From assembly GCA_951406725.2 (NCBI GenBank), contig OX597827.1, positions 54,126,001 to 54,190,000 of the forward strand: a stretch of 64,000 nucleotides of DNA. The letters run 5' to 3'. Positions 1 through 12,830 of the stretch are shown here, piece by piece. The position numbers and the translations under genes are program-made. Numbering within the stretch: the stretch's first letter is position 1; the number at the start of each line of letters is the position of its first letter. Below the pieces are notes generated by a model. That model did not search any database. It saw only the letters and a list, made by a program, of their open reading frames with translations, and was not told the origin of the DNA. The DNA comes from Octopus vulgaris (Eukaryota).

Positions 1-375
1 GATTGTTTCTGTTTATAATTTAAAATATTCAAGAGCCTGAGAAGGTCATTGCCAGCATTTATCCACAGTGATTTAAAATAAGAGTTACATAAACAATAAT
101 TCATTTTAATAGCATTCTATTATTTCTTACACACACACAGCCTTGCTTGATTGAGGTGGGGGTAAAAATTTAGATTACAATTTTTTTGTTGTTGCTTCTA
201 TCCTACCAATTGACCACGTGTGGGTTACTTCAGCATTATCATTCCACAAAATGTGTTTAATGGGAGAAAAATATTGAAAAAACATTAATACATGTGAGAA
301 TGCAATGAATATTTAAATTTGTGAAAAATTGGAATTAAAAAATTCCACAAACTTCAGAAATCGAAATTATGGGGT

Positions 376-552
376 TGGCATGGGTTGGATGGTTTGACAA
401 GAACAGATAAGCCAGAGAGCTCTACCAGGCTCTTTGTCTGCTTTGGCATGGCTTCTGTAGCCAGATGCTCTTTCTAATGCCAACCACTTAATAGAGTGTA
501 CTGGGTGCTTTTCACATGGCATCAGCACCGATGAGGTTGCTAAGTACCCACA
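376..552 (-). mobile_element. RTE-type LINE 3' UTR fragment
   Basis: GGCATGGGTTGGATGGTTTGAC...GCCAACCACT..AGAGTGTACTGGGTGCTTT matches the 3' UTR attached to the RTE coding remnant at 27368-28052. Confidence 0.75.
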
Positions 553-670
553 ATGGGAAGAGGGAGAGTTAACTGTAAAACTCACCAAATAATATACACA
601 CAGACACATGCAATTAACTCTGCAAAACTCATCTAAAAATAGATACATCGGTATATATAATATGTATATA

Positions 671-813
671 TTTGTTCATTCAAAGCTGATACTTCATGCT
701 GTTACTACTCCAATTTTCCTGTTTCTATCATGCTCTTCAAGGAACATGATGGAAACAGGAAAGTTAGAGTAATGATGGAATGGAATTTCAGCTTTTAAGA
801 GTGAATGACTAAA
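671..813. repeat. Long inverted repeat / palindromic MITE-like hairpin
   Basis: 682-737 aligns ungapped to the reverse complement of 740-795 at 43/56 positions (hand count). Outer arms TTTGTTCATTC / GAATGACTAAA extend it. Confidence 0.85.
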
Positions 814-1194
814 TTGTATTGCACGTGCATGTTAGTGTGTGTGTGTATGTGTACAGACACACATTTTCCTTTACTAACACTTTGCTGCAAATGAAATAAA
901 TTAATGACAATATCAGAAACTTTTTAGTAGTATGAAGAGGATATTTAAATACACATAGCACTCATGTGAAATTGTGAGTTTGTTATACTTTAACACATTT
1001 CCTTCTCTGTTTCTCCTATAACAGTTCCTAAACACTGGGTTTTTCTTGACTTTATACAATACACCATTTTCCTGTTTATTTATTTATTTTTTAAAAATTT
1101 TAATCTAAAACATTGAGTTGGGTTGTGATCTCTTTGCATTCCATTCTGCCAGATGTACTTACTTCACTTGCTTAAGGCAGCCCATCAAAAGTGA

Positions 1195-1515
1195 TGACAG
1201 TGCCGATCCATAATATTCATCCTCCTCCACTTACAGCACATTGTTTCTCATGGGAGTAGATGTGGCAGACAAAACTGATGCAAGATAGGCCGATCCTGTG
1301 ACACTGTAAGCACTGAAAGTGACCCCGAACAACAACTGCAGCTGTTTGATGACAACATCTCTTCTCTTCATATAATCTCCTGTTTGGTTTCAAAGTGCTC
1401 TACTCCAGTATCACACATGTATCTCCAAGCCTTCTGATTAACAGCCAGGGCCTTTGCTAGATGTACTCCATTTTTAAATGTTGGTGGTACTTCTTTTCTT
1501 ACAAATGTGTGTTTC
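1195..1515 (-). mobile_element. RTE-type LINE ORF C-terminus remnant (frameshifted)
   Basis: Minus strand reads ALAVNQKAWRYMCDTGVEHFETKQ, then in another frame GHFQCLQCHRIGLSCISFVCHIYSH, resembling the RTE C-terminal 'A.DR..WR...G...FE' segment and CxxC..HxxxH zinc finger. Confidence 0.7.
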
Positions 1516-1701
1516 TAGTAAAGCTATTTAAAAGTAACCAATTTGTTTTTTACCTTTTACTTGTTTCACTTGTGAGCCATGTTTGATAACATGTACAATG
1601 AAATATATACATATGAATTATATAGGTAATTTATCAGTATGGTTATATCATAAAAGTGAATAAAAATTAAGGAGGAGATAAGTAGTAAAAGAAGCAACTT
1701 T

Positions 1702-1932
1702 TTATACAGCATAAACACTGGCGATTGCTGCCAGAAAGTGAACAGATGTGTTCTTTTTATTCGTGGAATTACACCATATAAATTCATGCAAATATGAAAC
1801 AAACAATTTGTCCAATGTCCCAAACTGTCATCGCAACTTCTGTTTTACTTGCATCCACATGTTTTCCACATTTTGTGTATAGACGTGTTGATCATGAGGA
1901 TCAACAAAATTTTGTTGGTGTATAACCACCTC
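1702..1932 (-). mobile_element. Merlin (IS1595/ISXO2-like) DNA transposase C-terminal remnant
   Basis: 77 in-frame codons: EVVIHQQNFVDPHDQHVYTQNVENMWMQVKQKLR*QFGTLDKLFVSYLHEFIWCNS...FLAAIASVYAV*. Matches the V.H...FVDP....HTN.IE..W...K ... YL.EF.WR signature, with one internal stop. Confidence 0.85.
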
Positions 1933-2367
1933 TGTTGAGTTTTTAATTTCTCCGCATGAAAAAGTTTTCAACATCATCCACATGAATTGTTTATTTTCTT
2001 ATCAAAAACAATTTTTTTTTCACTGTTGTCTGCATGGATTGTTTATATCCTCATCACCACTGTTATAATGTAGATCCTCATCCGCTTGTATGTTGGCACT
2101 GTAATATTCTTGTCACCACTATTATGTTGTGGTAATATTCTGCATGTTATTATCTTTGATTCATCTATTGTGCTATCGCTGATAGCTCTGCAAGATAATG
2201 ATTTTGAAACATCTACTTCATGGTAACTCAAACTTGTATATAATTGACACTGACTCCAACTGAGAACTCAAACAATGACTCTTCTGCCACTGGCTTCCTA
2301 CAACTGACTGTCTGTCTGACTTTATAGTGTCTGACTTGTCATGTGGGAAGGGGAGTACATTGGCCTT

Positions 2368-2482
2368 GGGTTCAGTCCCACTGTACTGCACCTATGGCAA
2401 ATGACTTCTACTATGGCTCTCGGCCAACTAAAGCCTTGTGAGTGGATCTTGTAGACAGAAACTAAAGGCCTATTGTGTATAT
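2368..2482 (+). mobile_element. SINE family A (tRNA head, CORE-like body) partial copy
   Basis: GGTTCAGTCCCACTG B-box, then AAAGCCTTGTGAGTGGAT..GTAGACAGAAACT as in the full copies at 38110 and 57850. Confidence 0.8.
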
Positions 2483-2512
2483 ATACAAATATATATGTGG
2501 TAAGGAAACACA

Positions 2513-2513
2513 A

Positions 2514-2570
<57 letters not shown>
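2513..2570. repeat. (CA)n microsatellite
   Basis: Direct reading; explains the HTHT/CVCV ORFs here. Confidence 0.95.
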
Positions 2571-2572
<2 letters not shown>

Positions 2573-3734
2573 CATACATATGTGCATGTATACATGTGTG
2601 TGTGTATACATACATACATATATATACATACACACACACATTTATTCATACATGCAATATACACATAAAGAAATACATTAATCTGTGAACAATATCAGTT
2701 CAATTTCTCTATATTGGCTGGGCTTGGGGGAAAACTTGAGATATATATGTATGAATGCATATATCCTTATTGATTTTATGAAATGATTAGGCCAAGATAT
2801 GAAGTTAGTACTTTTTTCTGCCATTATCATTCTTACCATTTTCATTCTAGCCATAAAAGTAATAAATGAAAAAGATAAAGATGAGAATGGCATGGCTGGG
2901 GCCTTGGGATGAAACGAGGATAATTTTGGGAACCATGGTATTAACAAGGAGAAAGAAGTTAATTTGGAAAATACAAAAGAGCTTCACTACAAACATTGCT
3001 GCCATCATTATCATCATCATCATGAAAATTAATCTCACATATACTTTCACACAATTGTGGGATGGAATTGAATTATCAACGACCCTAGTTTACTATTTAG
3101 TATTTATTAGTTTTTGATCACGCTTTCACAATATTAGGATTCACTGTTCATTTATAAACATAGCTTGGTGACTGTAGATAAGGAATCTGAGACTTCCTCA
3201 GAGGTTTTACAATTGAGTGGATTCCTGTTGTAAGCCTATCGTTGGAACCCACAATCAGCACTGCAAGCTGATTACAACCATGTACTATGCTTACACTGAA
3301 GTATTTACAACTACTAACTGGATGGATACATGGGTGTCAGATGTCTTGGCCACTATTCAGAGCCAGTAATTGGATCTGAAATACCATCTCTTTGGCTGTT
3401 AGTTTGACATTTTTAATTTGGTCATATGTTGACAAGTTAGACAAGTTGAGTTTGTTTACCTACACATTAAACTACATTGCTTCATTTCTAACTGAAGTTA
3501 TTTTGATCATAATTATTGAAGCAGCTTACTTGGATGGTTTTGCATGGCTGGAAGGAAGGGGTGATTAAAACTACAACAGTAGACATACATGCATTCATAC
3601 ACTCTCACGCCACACACATTTGTATGTCATATAATTGATAAATATGTAAATAGGCAGTTATGTAGATAGAAGCATATAGTAAAGGCAACACCCAACTTAA
3701 AATATAATTAGTTAATAGATGGAAAATTTTATGG

Positions 3735-4195
3735 CATTCCTAATACACGCCTTCCATTCATCTCTGTCATCCATGGCATTTTTTAAGCTCTTGGATAATG
3801 CATTCAGTTTCTTTTAGCTGATGGTGTAGATTTTTGCTGGTCTACTTTTCCCCTGTTTACTCTCAGAAGGTTGTCACAGGAGAACTTCAACCACTAACTC
3901 TTCTTTGTTATGCCAGCAGTAACCAATAAATTTCAGCCTGTGCTTTCATATTGTTTCTGTGATATATGGTATAGCTCTTTGTTAGTCATGTGTTCACACC
4001 ATGAGATTTTTAGAACAGCATTGAGCAATCTGCTATACATACCATTCAGAATTTTCTACATAGGAGCTGTTAAGTTTCCATGTTATTAAACTATAAACTA
4101 AAATTAATTCAACTGTAGTCCTGAAGAGGTCTAATTTATTCAGATAATATGATAAAATAGTACAGTCCTAGAGTTTCTTCTTGTGGCACTCCAGC
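3735..4195 (-). mobile_element. RTE-type LINE reverse transcriptase remnant, internally deleted
   Basis: Minus strand reads AGVPQEETLGLYYFII (like GVLQGDTLAPYLFII) joined to KLDLFRTTVELILVY..TW, YSRLLNAVLKISWCEHMTNKELY, HRLKFIGYCWHNKEELV, KSRPAKIY and ELKNAMDDRDEWK, with stops and frameshifts. Confidence 0.85.
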
Positions 4196-4887
4196 AATAA
4201 TCTTAGAATATAACAAAACAAAAATAGAAAGAAAATTAATGAAATGTGCATGAAATTTTTTTAATTAGTTTTAGGGTGTGCTTTCAATAATTATATAGCA
4301 ATTAACATTCTTGTGTATGTTCCGAAAGCTTACACAGTATATAGGATAATTGTTGAGTGTACTAATTTGTTGGTTGTCAGTATTGCTGTTTAGTCTCAGT
4401 CAGTCCTACTTGCGAGTGTTTGAGAAAGTAGTAGATGGTCAAAGGAAACATTTTGGTGGCATTTTTTGCCATCCCATCTTTGTAGTTATTTCTACCATCA
4501 CATTATTGTAGATATTTTGTTGAGCAATTTATTTCATAAAACATGTGATTTTGCTATTTCTTGTACATTAAGCAACCATGTTGTGACTGTCTCATTGGTT
4601 TGACCTCGTTATTAAAGTGAACAATTACAGTAATCAACAATACACCGTAAGAACAAAAACACAGTGTACTGAATATTTTAAAGTAAACTTAAACTGTTGT
4701 TTATGATCTTTGTGAACTTAGTTTAACCAACATCATCATCATCGTCTAACATCCATCTTCTATACATGCATGGGTTGGACTATATTTATGAATAGTGCAG
4801 AAATGAATAAAAAATAAAACAATGTGAAATTGTTTTAGGAACAATTCTGATCAACATAATTGTGCTCTCCGACACACACACACACAC

Positions 4888-5590
4888 ACCTGTTTTTCCA
4901 TTGGTTAGAAGCTCCTAGTTTTCTTTATACCCAAACAAAACATTACAAAAGCGATTTTAAAAAATAAAGATTTCAGTATATGAATGGTATTGTTTTGCCT
5001 CTCAAAGCCAAAGAAGTTACTTTTCTGGTTTTAAGTAGGTAAAATAAAAAAATTACTTCGCAATAGAATACATAATTTCTGTTGATTCTTAATTTTCAGA
5101 CAATTCTCTTAATTCTCTTTGTTAATGAGAATATTCAATGGAAAAGTTTATAGCCCCTAAATTTTGCTTTCTTACTGAAAACATGTGTATTTATAAACTT
5201 TTTGAAACTAAAGGACCTCATTCTAACATGATATTTTACATTGACATGAAGGCTTAAAGTTTTGGAATTGATAAAGTAAATTAATGCAAACTACAATCCC
5301 TAGTGAACAGAGACTGTAATGAGCAGGCTGTACAATAATGGGAAAAAAATGTTTTTAAAGATATAAAAAAGAAACCCTTTTCTTCAATTGTTAATGTAAC
5401 AGCTCATAGATGTCTTTATACCCACACTAGTCATAAAAAAGAAAATTTAAAAAGATATTTGTAATTTCTTTGTGTATAGGTGTGTTTTTACTTTCAAACC
5501 CAAAGAAGTTGTTTATGGTAATTAGTTTTTCTTAGGTAAAAATACAATAAATAGATAAATAAATTTGCAATAGAATATGTGGATCTTTGT
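4888..5590. repeat. Diverged direct duplication of a ~200-bp unit (4888-5080 and 5375-5590)
   Basis: Colinear shared anchors AGCTC.TAG.T.TCTTTATACCC, TCAAA.CCAAAGAAGTT, TAGGTAAAA and GCAATAGAATA. Confidence 0.7.
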
Positions 5591-7639
5591 ATTCAAGTGA
5601 ATTTCTAATTCCAAGAGCAGTGCAGCTGATATTAATTGGAAAATAAACTCATGATGACATATAACAGCTCAGTTGTGACAGACTGATATGTATATATTAT
5701 ATATTAAATTACGAATTGCTTGTTTAGCATTATCCAAACTACTAACATTGTAGATGCTAAAATATATAATTACTTTATGATTAAAGTAGCCTTGCATTTT
5801 AATGTTGTAATTTTAGATAGGACATTGAACTTTAGTTGTTGAAAATATGAAGCAAAAAAGTAGCAGATACCAAACTGAAAAGAAGCTGATCAATAGATAT
5901 GGTTAATGTTCTTATAGACACAGAAAATTGCATTAAGGTTTCATACCACAGACTGTGGTTATATAAAATAGATTGGAAAAAAAAATCAAGCCAAAAATAT
6001 CTCAAATTCTGAATATCTTAGGAAAATTTCTGATACTAATTCCAAGCAACAGGAGTTTATTATTGTTATTATTATTATTATTTTATTTATTTATTTATTT
6101 ATTTTTTGTTAGACATCCAAAGTACAACTCTATAATGAAAATTAGTTTGGAAAATTGTTAAAAATCAACAAAATGCATGTCTAGTATGAGAATATCAAAA
6201 ATAATCTGGAATTAAAAACTACAAGAGACAAGAAAACTGCGATCAAGTCAATTTCAGTGATAGCTTTGGGGTGGAGGAGAAGGAGTAGAATTTCAATGTA
6301 TGTGCTAGAATCAGATTCCTTATATTTTTTTACCAAAATAAAAAAAAAAAAAGTTGATGGATTTCAGCAGAAAGTTACTTTTGTAATATCACTATAGAAT
6401 TTTCTTAATAGTAAAATCAAGGATTTATCAGCGGTATTGGATGGTTTGTTCCTGCAGAATAGAAAACACAGAAATGGAAGAAAAAGAAAAGTTGTACTAG
6501 TATTCTAAGTTAGCTAATAGCTAAATAATTCTAATATACAAAGTTCACTGTCTGTATTTATTAGTTTGTAAAAAGTTTTATTTATTTACTTTATTTTGTA
6601 ATTGAAAAAGTAATTTATTTATATCACACAGTTGCTTTCTCAAATATTTATTTATTTTTATCTTGGCTGCGTTGCTATTAAGTTTTGCTTTTTAGCATCT
6701 GAGACTTCCTTTCTAAATAGTATATAACTTATCCCACAAGTTGGCTTCTATCCAGTCAGAATTGTTATTTCTCGTTTAATGAATTAGCAATATTGTTTGT
6801 ATAATATAAGCAGTGTAGTATATTGCTAAAAACGTTTCAGCTCTTGTGTGGACAATTGAAAAAAAATGTAGGATTGTTTTTGTTTTCCAATGTTAATTTG
6901 ATATTCACAAAGATATAACACATGTATTAAAATAACTTAACCATTAATTTATAATTCACTCATATACTTGGATTAATTCTCAGTAAAGCATGGAAACAAA
7001 ATGGGATGCCTCGCTGTGTTAGACAGAAGTCTGACTTTTGCACACTGCATAGTAAGCGTCTGAGGATGCAAAGGCAGTTAAAGTTTATCTAAAAGCAATC
7101 TAATTTCAGTGATAAAAGGGATGCAAAGTGAGTGTGGAGTAATTTTTAATGTACTTGCCTGGCTGATAATAGATATATGGTTTGAGTGGGCTTGTTTACA
7201 TACATTATACCCATGTAAAATCAAATTGTTGTTTACAAAATTGTAATGTTTTAATATTGTTCAAATACATATAACTGAGGTTTATTACTATTTATTAGCA
7301 TCCTTAATGTATTGTTCAAAAGAATTTTAAACAATACCATAAAATAACTCTCTATGAGATACATTTTAGAACTGCCATTACCTTATCTTTAACACTTCTC
7401 TTATCTACTATCATACTCATCATCCAGTAACATCTCCCATCAATGTACTTTCTCTACTTTTAGCTCCCATTCACTATAGCCACCCCTACATACCACTGAC
7501 ATCCATGTTTGTTATTGTACCTCTGTCACAGACATACACACATACACACACACACACATGCATGCACACACACACACTCTCTCTCTCTCTCTCACACATG
7601 CTTTCCTTCCCTGCACATTACCTGCATATTTTCTGATCT

Positions 7640-8100
7640 ACCTACATGTTTATTATACTGCAGCTCTCCTCCCTCCCTTCCTGTACCTACTTCTTCCGGA
7701 ACCACTTCTATTCTTTGCCAGCCCCACTCCCCCAACACTGATATTCACCATTGACCTCACCTCCACCTTTGTTCCATTCACTACATTCGTTTGTACACTC
7801 ATCTCTAACATCTGTCACTTTCCTCTCACACTCCAATGAGCATATCCACTGGACCCTCACCAATTCTTTGTCTATATTATCTCTTATACTCACCTTGTAT
7901 CTTGAGAATACACTCTGATACTTCATCACCACCATCATTTCCTTCTTTCCAGCTACTCCTACTCTTATATGATGTGGAGGTAGGGAGCCAACATCTCTTC
8001 TGTAGCCAGATTCCTGTGTCTATCCATAGATCATGCTTTAACTTCTTAATACCTGTCATAAAGCTAACTTCTCTCTACTATACCCCCACTCAGTCAAGGG
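7640..8100 (+). mobile_element. Possible highly decayed Penelope-like retroelement
   Basis: C/T-rich tract. PTPPTLIFTIDLTSTF resembles the Penelope RT motif (P..LIFTMDVTSLYT). Single weak motif only. Confidence 0.3.
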
Positions 8101-8116
8101 TCTTTTTATTGTTTTA

Positions 8117-8385
8117 GGTTACTTGGCAACCTCACTTGTAGTCACAAAAAGACGCATCAAATACACTCTGTAAAGTGGTTGGCATAAGGAAGGGCATCAG
8201 GATGTAGAAACTGTGTCAAAATAAACATTGGAGCTCAATGCAGTCCTCTAGCTCATTGAATCCTATCAAACTATCCAACTTATACTAGTATGAAAGACGG
8301 ACATTAAATAGTCATATATATATATATACATATATAGTCCACCCCATGCATGCATGGAAGATGGATGTTAAACAATGATGATTTT
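8117..8385 (+). mobile_element. RTE-type LINE 3' UTR fragments
   Basis: TACACTCTGTAAAGTGGTTGGCATAAGGAAGGGCATC...GGACATTAAAT, then a second tail CATGGAAGATGGATGTTAAACAATGATGAT. Confidence 0.75.
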
Positions 8386-10069
8386 ATATATATATATATA
8401 TAATGGTAGTGATGATGATGATAATATACTAATGGGTGTAGATCATGCTACTATAAAGTTATCAAATATTTAAATCATATGCTAAAATTCAAGTTATACT
8501 TACTAATTGCTTGCATGTGCATTGAATGAAGATTGATTAAAATAAAATATTATATATGAAACATTGTTGCAACAAAAATAAATATAATGAGAATTGGAAA
8601 AGCATCAGGAAAATATATTCTTAATTAGTTTAATTAAAATCAAAAGACGCAATTAAATAGTAAATAAATGTGAGATATATGTCTTTGCATGCATGTGTGC
8701 ATATCTTTATATATACATATATTGTGTGTGTGTGTGTGTGTGTGTATACATATATTCTTCCTTTGTCTGGTGAGAGTTAGACAAGTTTTGTATAATTTTA
8801 AATAATAACATCCTTGTTCATTATGTATCTTATGAAAATGAGTCTAATGTCTTCAGTATAGATGCATAATTGGTCTTGGGCTCCAAACTGTTAAATAATT
8901 CAAGTCAAAAGTTCTTTGTATGAGTTGATGATATTTTCTTAATTAATATTTAATGTTTTGAATAATATTGAACTATTTTAATAATGTACTTCATGCAAGT
9001 AGTAGAACTGGAGAAGACTATTGTACTAAATTCATAACAGTATTTAATTTGTCTTTTTCCATTCCATATTCAGTTCCCTCTAGGGGTTAACTTGCTTTTT
9101 CATGCCTTCAAGATCAACTGGTACTGCCCTGTAATCAATCCAATCAACTAAACACTTTCATAACAGTTGGCCTTTCAACCCAGTTGAAAGAAAACAATAT
9201 TTTTCTTTCTTAAATGGTTAATGAATTGTTAAGTATAGTAGCAACAGCTCACATTGCAGGTTCACAACAACATATAGTACTTTTTATTAATGTAATGGCT
9301 AATGCACATACTTCAATTGTTTAAATTTGCTCACTCATCTTTAGCAAACAAAATGAACCAAGATTTAGTAAAAAAAAAAGGTGGAGAGACATAATCTATA
9401 GGTCATGATTTATAGATCTCTTATTTAACTAATTGTTTTATGAACTCTCCCCCTTTACAATTTCTTTATTTTATTAGGAAGTACATTGTTAAATTACTGA
9501 AAATGTATTCTTTGGAAAAACCTGAAGCTATTAATTTTTAATTACGACTGATGTCTTCAAATTTTTATGAATCTATAATAATTATTGGACATCATATTAG
9601 AAGCTAGATTTTACTGGTAGCAGTATACAGTATTCTTAAAGTAGAATTATCTATAGTCTCCTATCCATTCAATACTTAGCTGATATACTGTTCCTCTTAC
9701 TATAAATTGAGATGTAAATATATCTCATGAGGTGATACTTTTACAAACTTCAACACTTCACAGACCAAGTCTATATTTTCAGTGTTTTCATTTTATTCTA
9801 AAATTTCATTTCTTTAAACAGGCAAAATACATTAAAATGTCTCATTTGTTACAAATGTGATGTTAATTTCAACACAGTCTTTCACTATTTGTTGTTGTCT
9901 GCTTGCATTATAGAATTAGTAAGTTTGAAAATTTGGACATGAATCTTTCTATTGTTCTCTGCATTATATTATTATTCTAACAGAATTATGGCTATACAAA
10001 TGTCATCAAAAGTTACATTTTACAATAATTCTACAAATATGCGCAGGCGTTTTACAATAATTCTACTTG

Positions 10070-10440
10070 TAGGTGCACATGTGGCTGTGTAGTGAGAATC
10101 TTGCTTTCCAACCACATAATTCCAGGTTCAGTCCCACTGCATGGCACCTTGGGCAAATTTCTACTATAACTTCGGGCTGACTGAAGCCTTGTGAGTGGAT
10201 TTGGTAGATAGAAACTGAAGGAAGCCTGTCATATATGTGTATGCGTGTGTCTTTGCGTATATGTTTGTCCCCTATCACTACTTGACAACTTAGTGGTTCA
10301 GCAACAGAAATCAATAGAGTAAGTACCAGGCTTAAGAGAAAAAAATTAATACTGGGGTCAACTCATTTGACTAAGAATTCTTCAGAGCAGTGCCCCAGTA
10401 TGGCTGCAGTTTAATGACTGAAACAATTAAAAGATGAAGG
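10070..10440 (+). mobile_element. SINE family A, near full length, diverged
   Basis: A-box-like GTGGCTGTGTAG, B-box GGTTCAGTCCC, CACCTTGGGCAA, central (TG)-rich tract, 3' ATGACTGAAACAATTAAAAGA. Confidence 0.9.
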
Positions 10441-11439
10441 AAAAAGGTAAAAGATACTGCACTTGGAAACCATCTGATAGTATGATTGATTTCCTGTTCC
10501 AACTAATACATTTTATCTTTCATTTGATGGTGCCTAGTATTTATTTAATACTTAATTTGTAAATTCATCATTGTTCTAGGGTTATAAATGTGGAATTTTT
10601 ATCTTAATATATTAAAAATAATTTTATAATCTCGCATTTCATTGAAAATCTTTTTCCTTTATCATTTTGTCATTTCCTCCAACAAACTGTCATCTATGAC
10701 ACACATTATCTAACATTTGGTAAGTAGGGAATTAAAACAGATATATCAATAGCACAATGTTTGATTTATTTATTTTTATCATTCAAATCCGACATTTTCA
10801 TTGTGTTTTTAATAGTTATCTAGAAGTACAGAGGTTTTTGTAATTAAATATTTATTTGCCTCTGTCAGGATTTAAATGAATATATATGTCTCATATTAAA
10901 GACATATTTGGTGGTTTTTAATGATCAAATTAGTAAAGAGACTAGCTTTATTTCTGAATTCTACTTCTAACACTATGATGACTGTTATTTTGCAGACACT
11001 CTACAGATGATAATTTCAGATTAGCAGCTTTCAGTCTGTGTGCTTCTATATTTCAAGTCATCTAAAGTCAGAATAATTGTGCTAAATTTCTGCAATAAGT
11101 AGTAATTTATTTCTCTAGAGCCAATTGCTTTAGTAATTTTGTCAGTCTGAATTGGTAGAATGGCAAAACCTAGTGATATTTGTGTACTTTCATGATTCAA
11201 GTTCATATCCATATTAGTGTCAATACAGTCAGTATTTCCTTCCCCATCAAAATTTCTAACCCTGTGCTGATGTAAGAAATTAGTATTTCTGTCTGATATT
11301 TGATGTTATTCACTTTTAAATAATAAATGAGGAACTTCATGGGATCTGAATCCTGACACAGACATATAAATATTTTTATGATAATCAACAACATAATTAT
11401 TGTTTAGCCCTTGTCAAGCAGTCACTTAGAAGCTCCTTC

Positions 11440-11575
11440 ATTGCCTCAGTTTGACATATTTCTGCCTACCAAATTTCATTCACAAAACTTTGGTTGACCT
11501 GAAGCTGTGCCACACAGCTGGATCAAACCTCAAACCCTCGTGGGTGCAAAGTGAACTTCTAATCCATAGTCATAT
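11440..11575 (-). mobile_element. SINE family A degenerate fragment
   Basis: CTACCAAATTTCATTCACAAAACTTTGGTTGACC...GTGCCACACAGCTGGATCAAACC is the reverse of the family A head. Confidence 0.6.
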
Positions 11576-12679
11576 CTGATCCTCAACAACTTAAGTATTT
11601 TGATTGATATTTAAGTTAAGTACCTATTTGGTTAAGTACCTATATGAAGCTAACTTTGATCAAGTCTGTTTAGACTGTCTAAATTACTGTGAATTTCAGT
11701 CACCACCTGGAACTAATATTAGTGAAAACATTTACAAATACGAATAAATATGCTAGTAATTGAGAAGATATATTATTGACTGCATTCTGGTCATGATTAT
11801 CCTATCTTTTACAGCTATCTAGAATTAATTATATTGCTCATTTTTGTCTATCAAAGGATTACATTGATCTTTTATTTTATCATGACACTGGCTTTTCAAA
11901 GGAATTTAGCTGCTATTTCTAGCAAGTCACACAAACATATCTAGATTCCTTCAGTGATCCATGCAAATTATATAATTGAGGTCAATCTTCCAGAAGTAAT
12001 TCTGAACATCAAGGTGTACTGCAGTCCTTTATTGCTTATAATAGTCAATTGAATATACACGGAAGTCCCATGAATCTTTACTGAGGTAGTTATGTATCTA
12101 ATTTCATGGATTCTAGAACAGCTAAAGATGACTTCTGTTGTAGCTTTTGATCTACAAATGATAAAATTTAATGAAACTTAAATCAAATTTAGTTCAAGTC
12201 ACAACTGGAGAACCAAAGTTACTGTTATCTAATTATTTCAGCATTACTCCAACTCACAACGAATTCAGTACTCAGTTTCCAAATAGGCAGACTAGAGTTA
12301 ATAAAAAAATTTGCTTCTGGCTTCAACAGTTCTTCATCATTGATGGAATCTGAGCATAGGATATATCAGTTGGGAAACTTATTCATTAACCTATTTAATC
12401 ATTTTCATTTTACATGTTAATAACAAGCAACAGACAGTAGCATTTGACAGGAATAATAATAATAATAGTAATAATAATAATATATATGTGTGTTTATATA
12501 ATATATATACATAGATACACACACACACACACACACAGAAAAATCAATATTCTAAACTGCTACAAAACTGGCCTTCAAAAAGAGTTAATAAAAAAGATTT
12601 TATGCAGAGAAAGCTTACTAATGGAATACATCCTATATTGCCTTTTCTCTCGTTTTCTGATAGGATTTGTATGGAGTAC

Positions 12680-12830
12680 AAGCATGGATATGTTTGCTTT
12701 GCAGTCATGTAGTTCCAAGTTCAGTCCCACTGCTCACCATTTCTAGGTAGTGTCTTCTACCATAAGTTCTAGTTGACAAAGACTTGTGAAAGGAAGGAAA
12801 TAGTGAAACTCATTGTGTGTGTGTGTGTGT
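12680..12830 (+). mobile_element. SINE family A degenerate 5' part
   Basis: AGTTCAGTCCCACTGC..AGTGTCTTCTACCATA..GACAAAGACTTGTG followed by (TG)n. Confidence 0.65.

Noticed and set aside
2322-2688. ORFs with HTHT/CVCV/YIHT/LSLS runs (also 31634-31969, 34176-34499, 44019-44468, 50155-50437, 54251-54514)
   Set aside because: These are translations of microsatellites, not genes.
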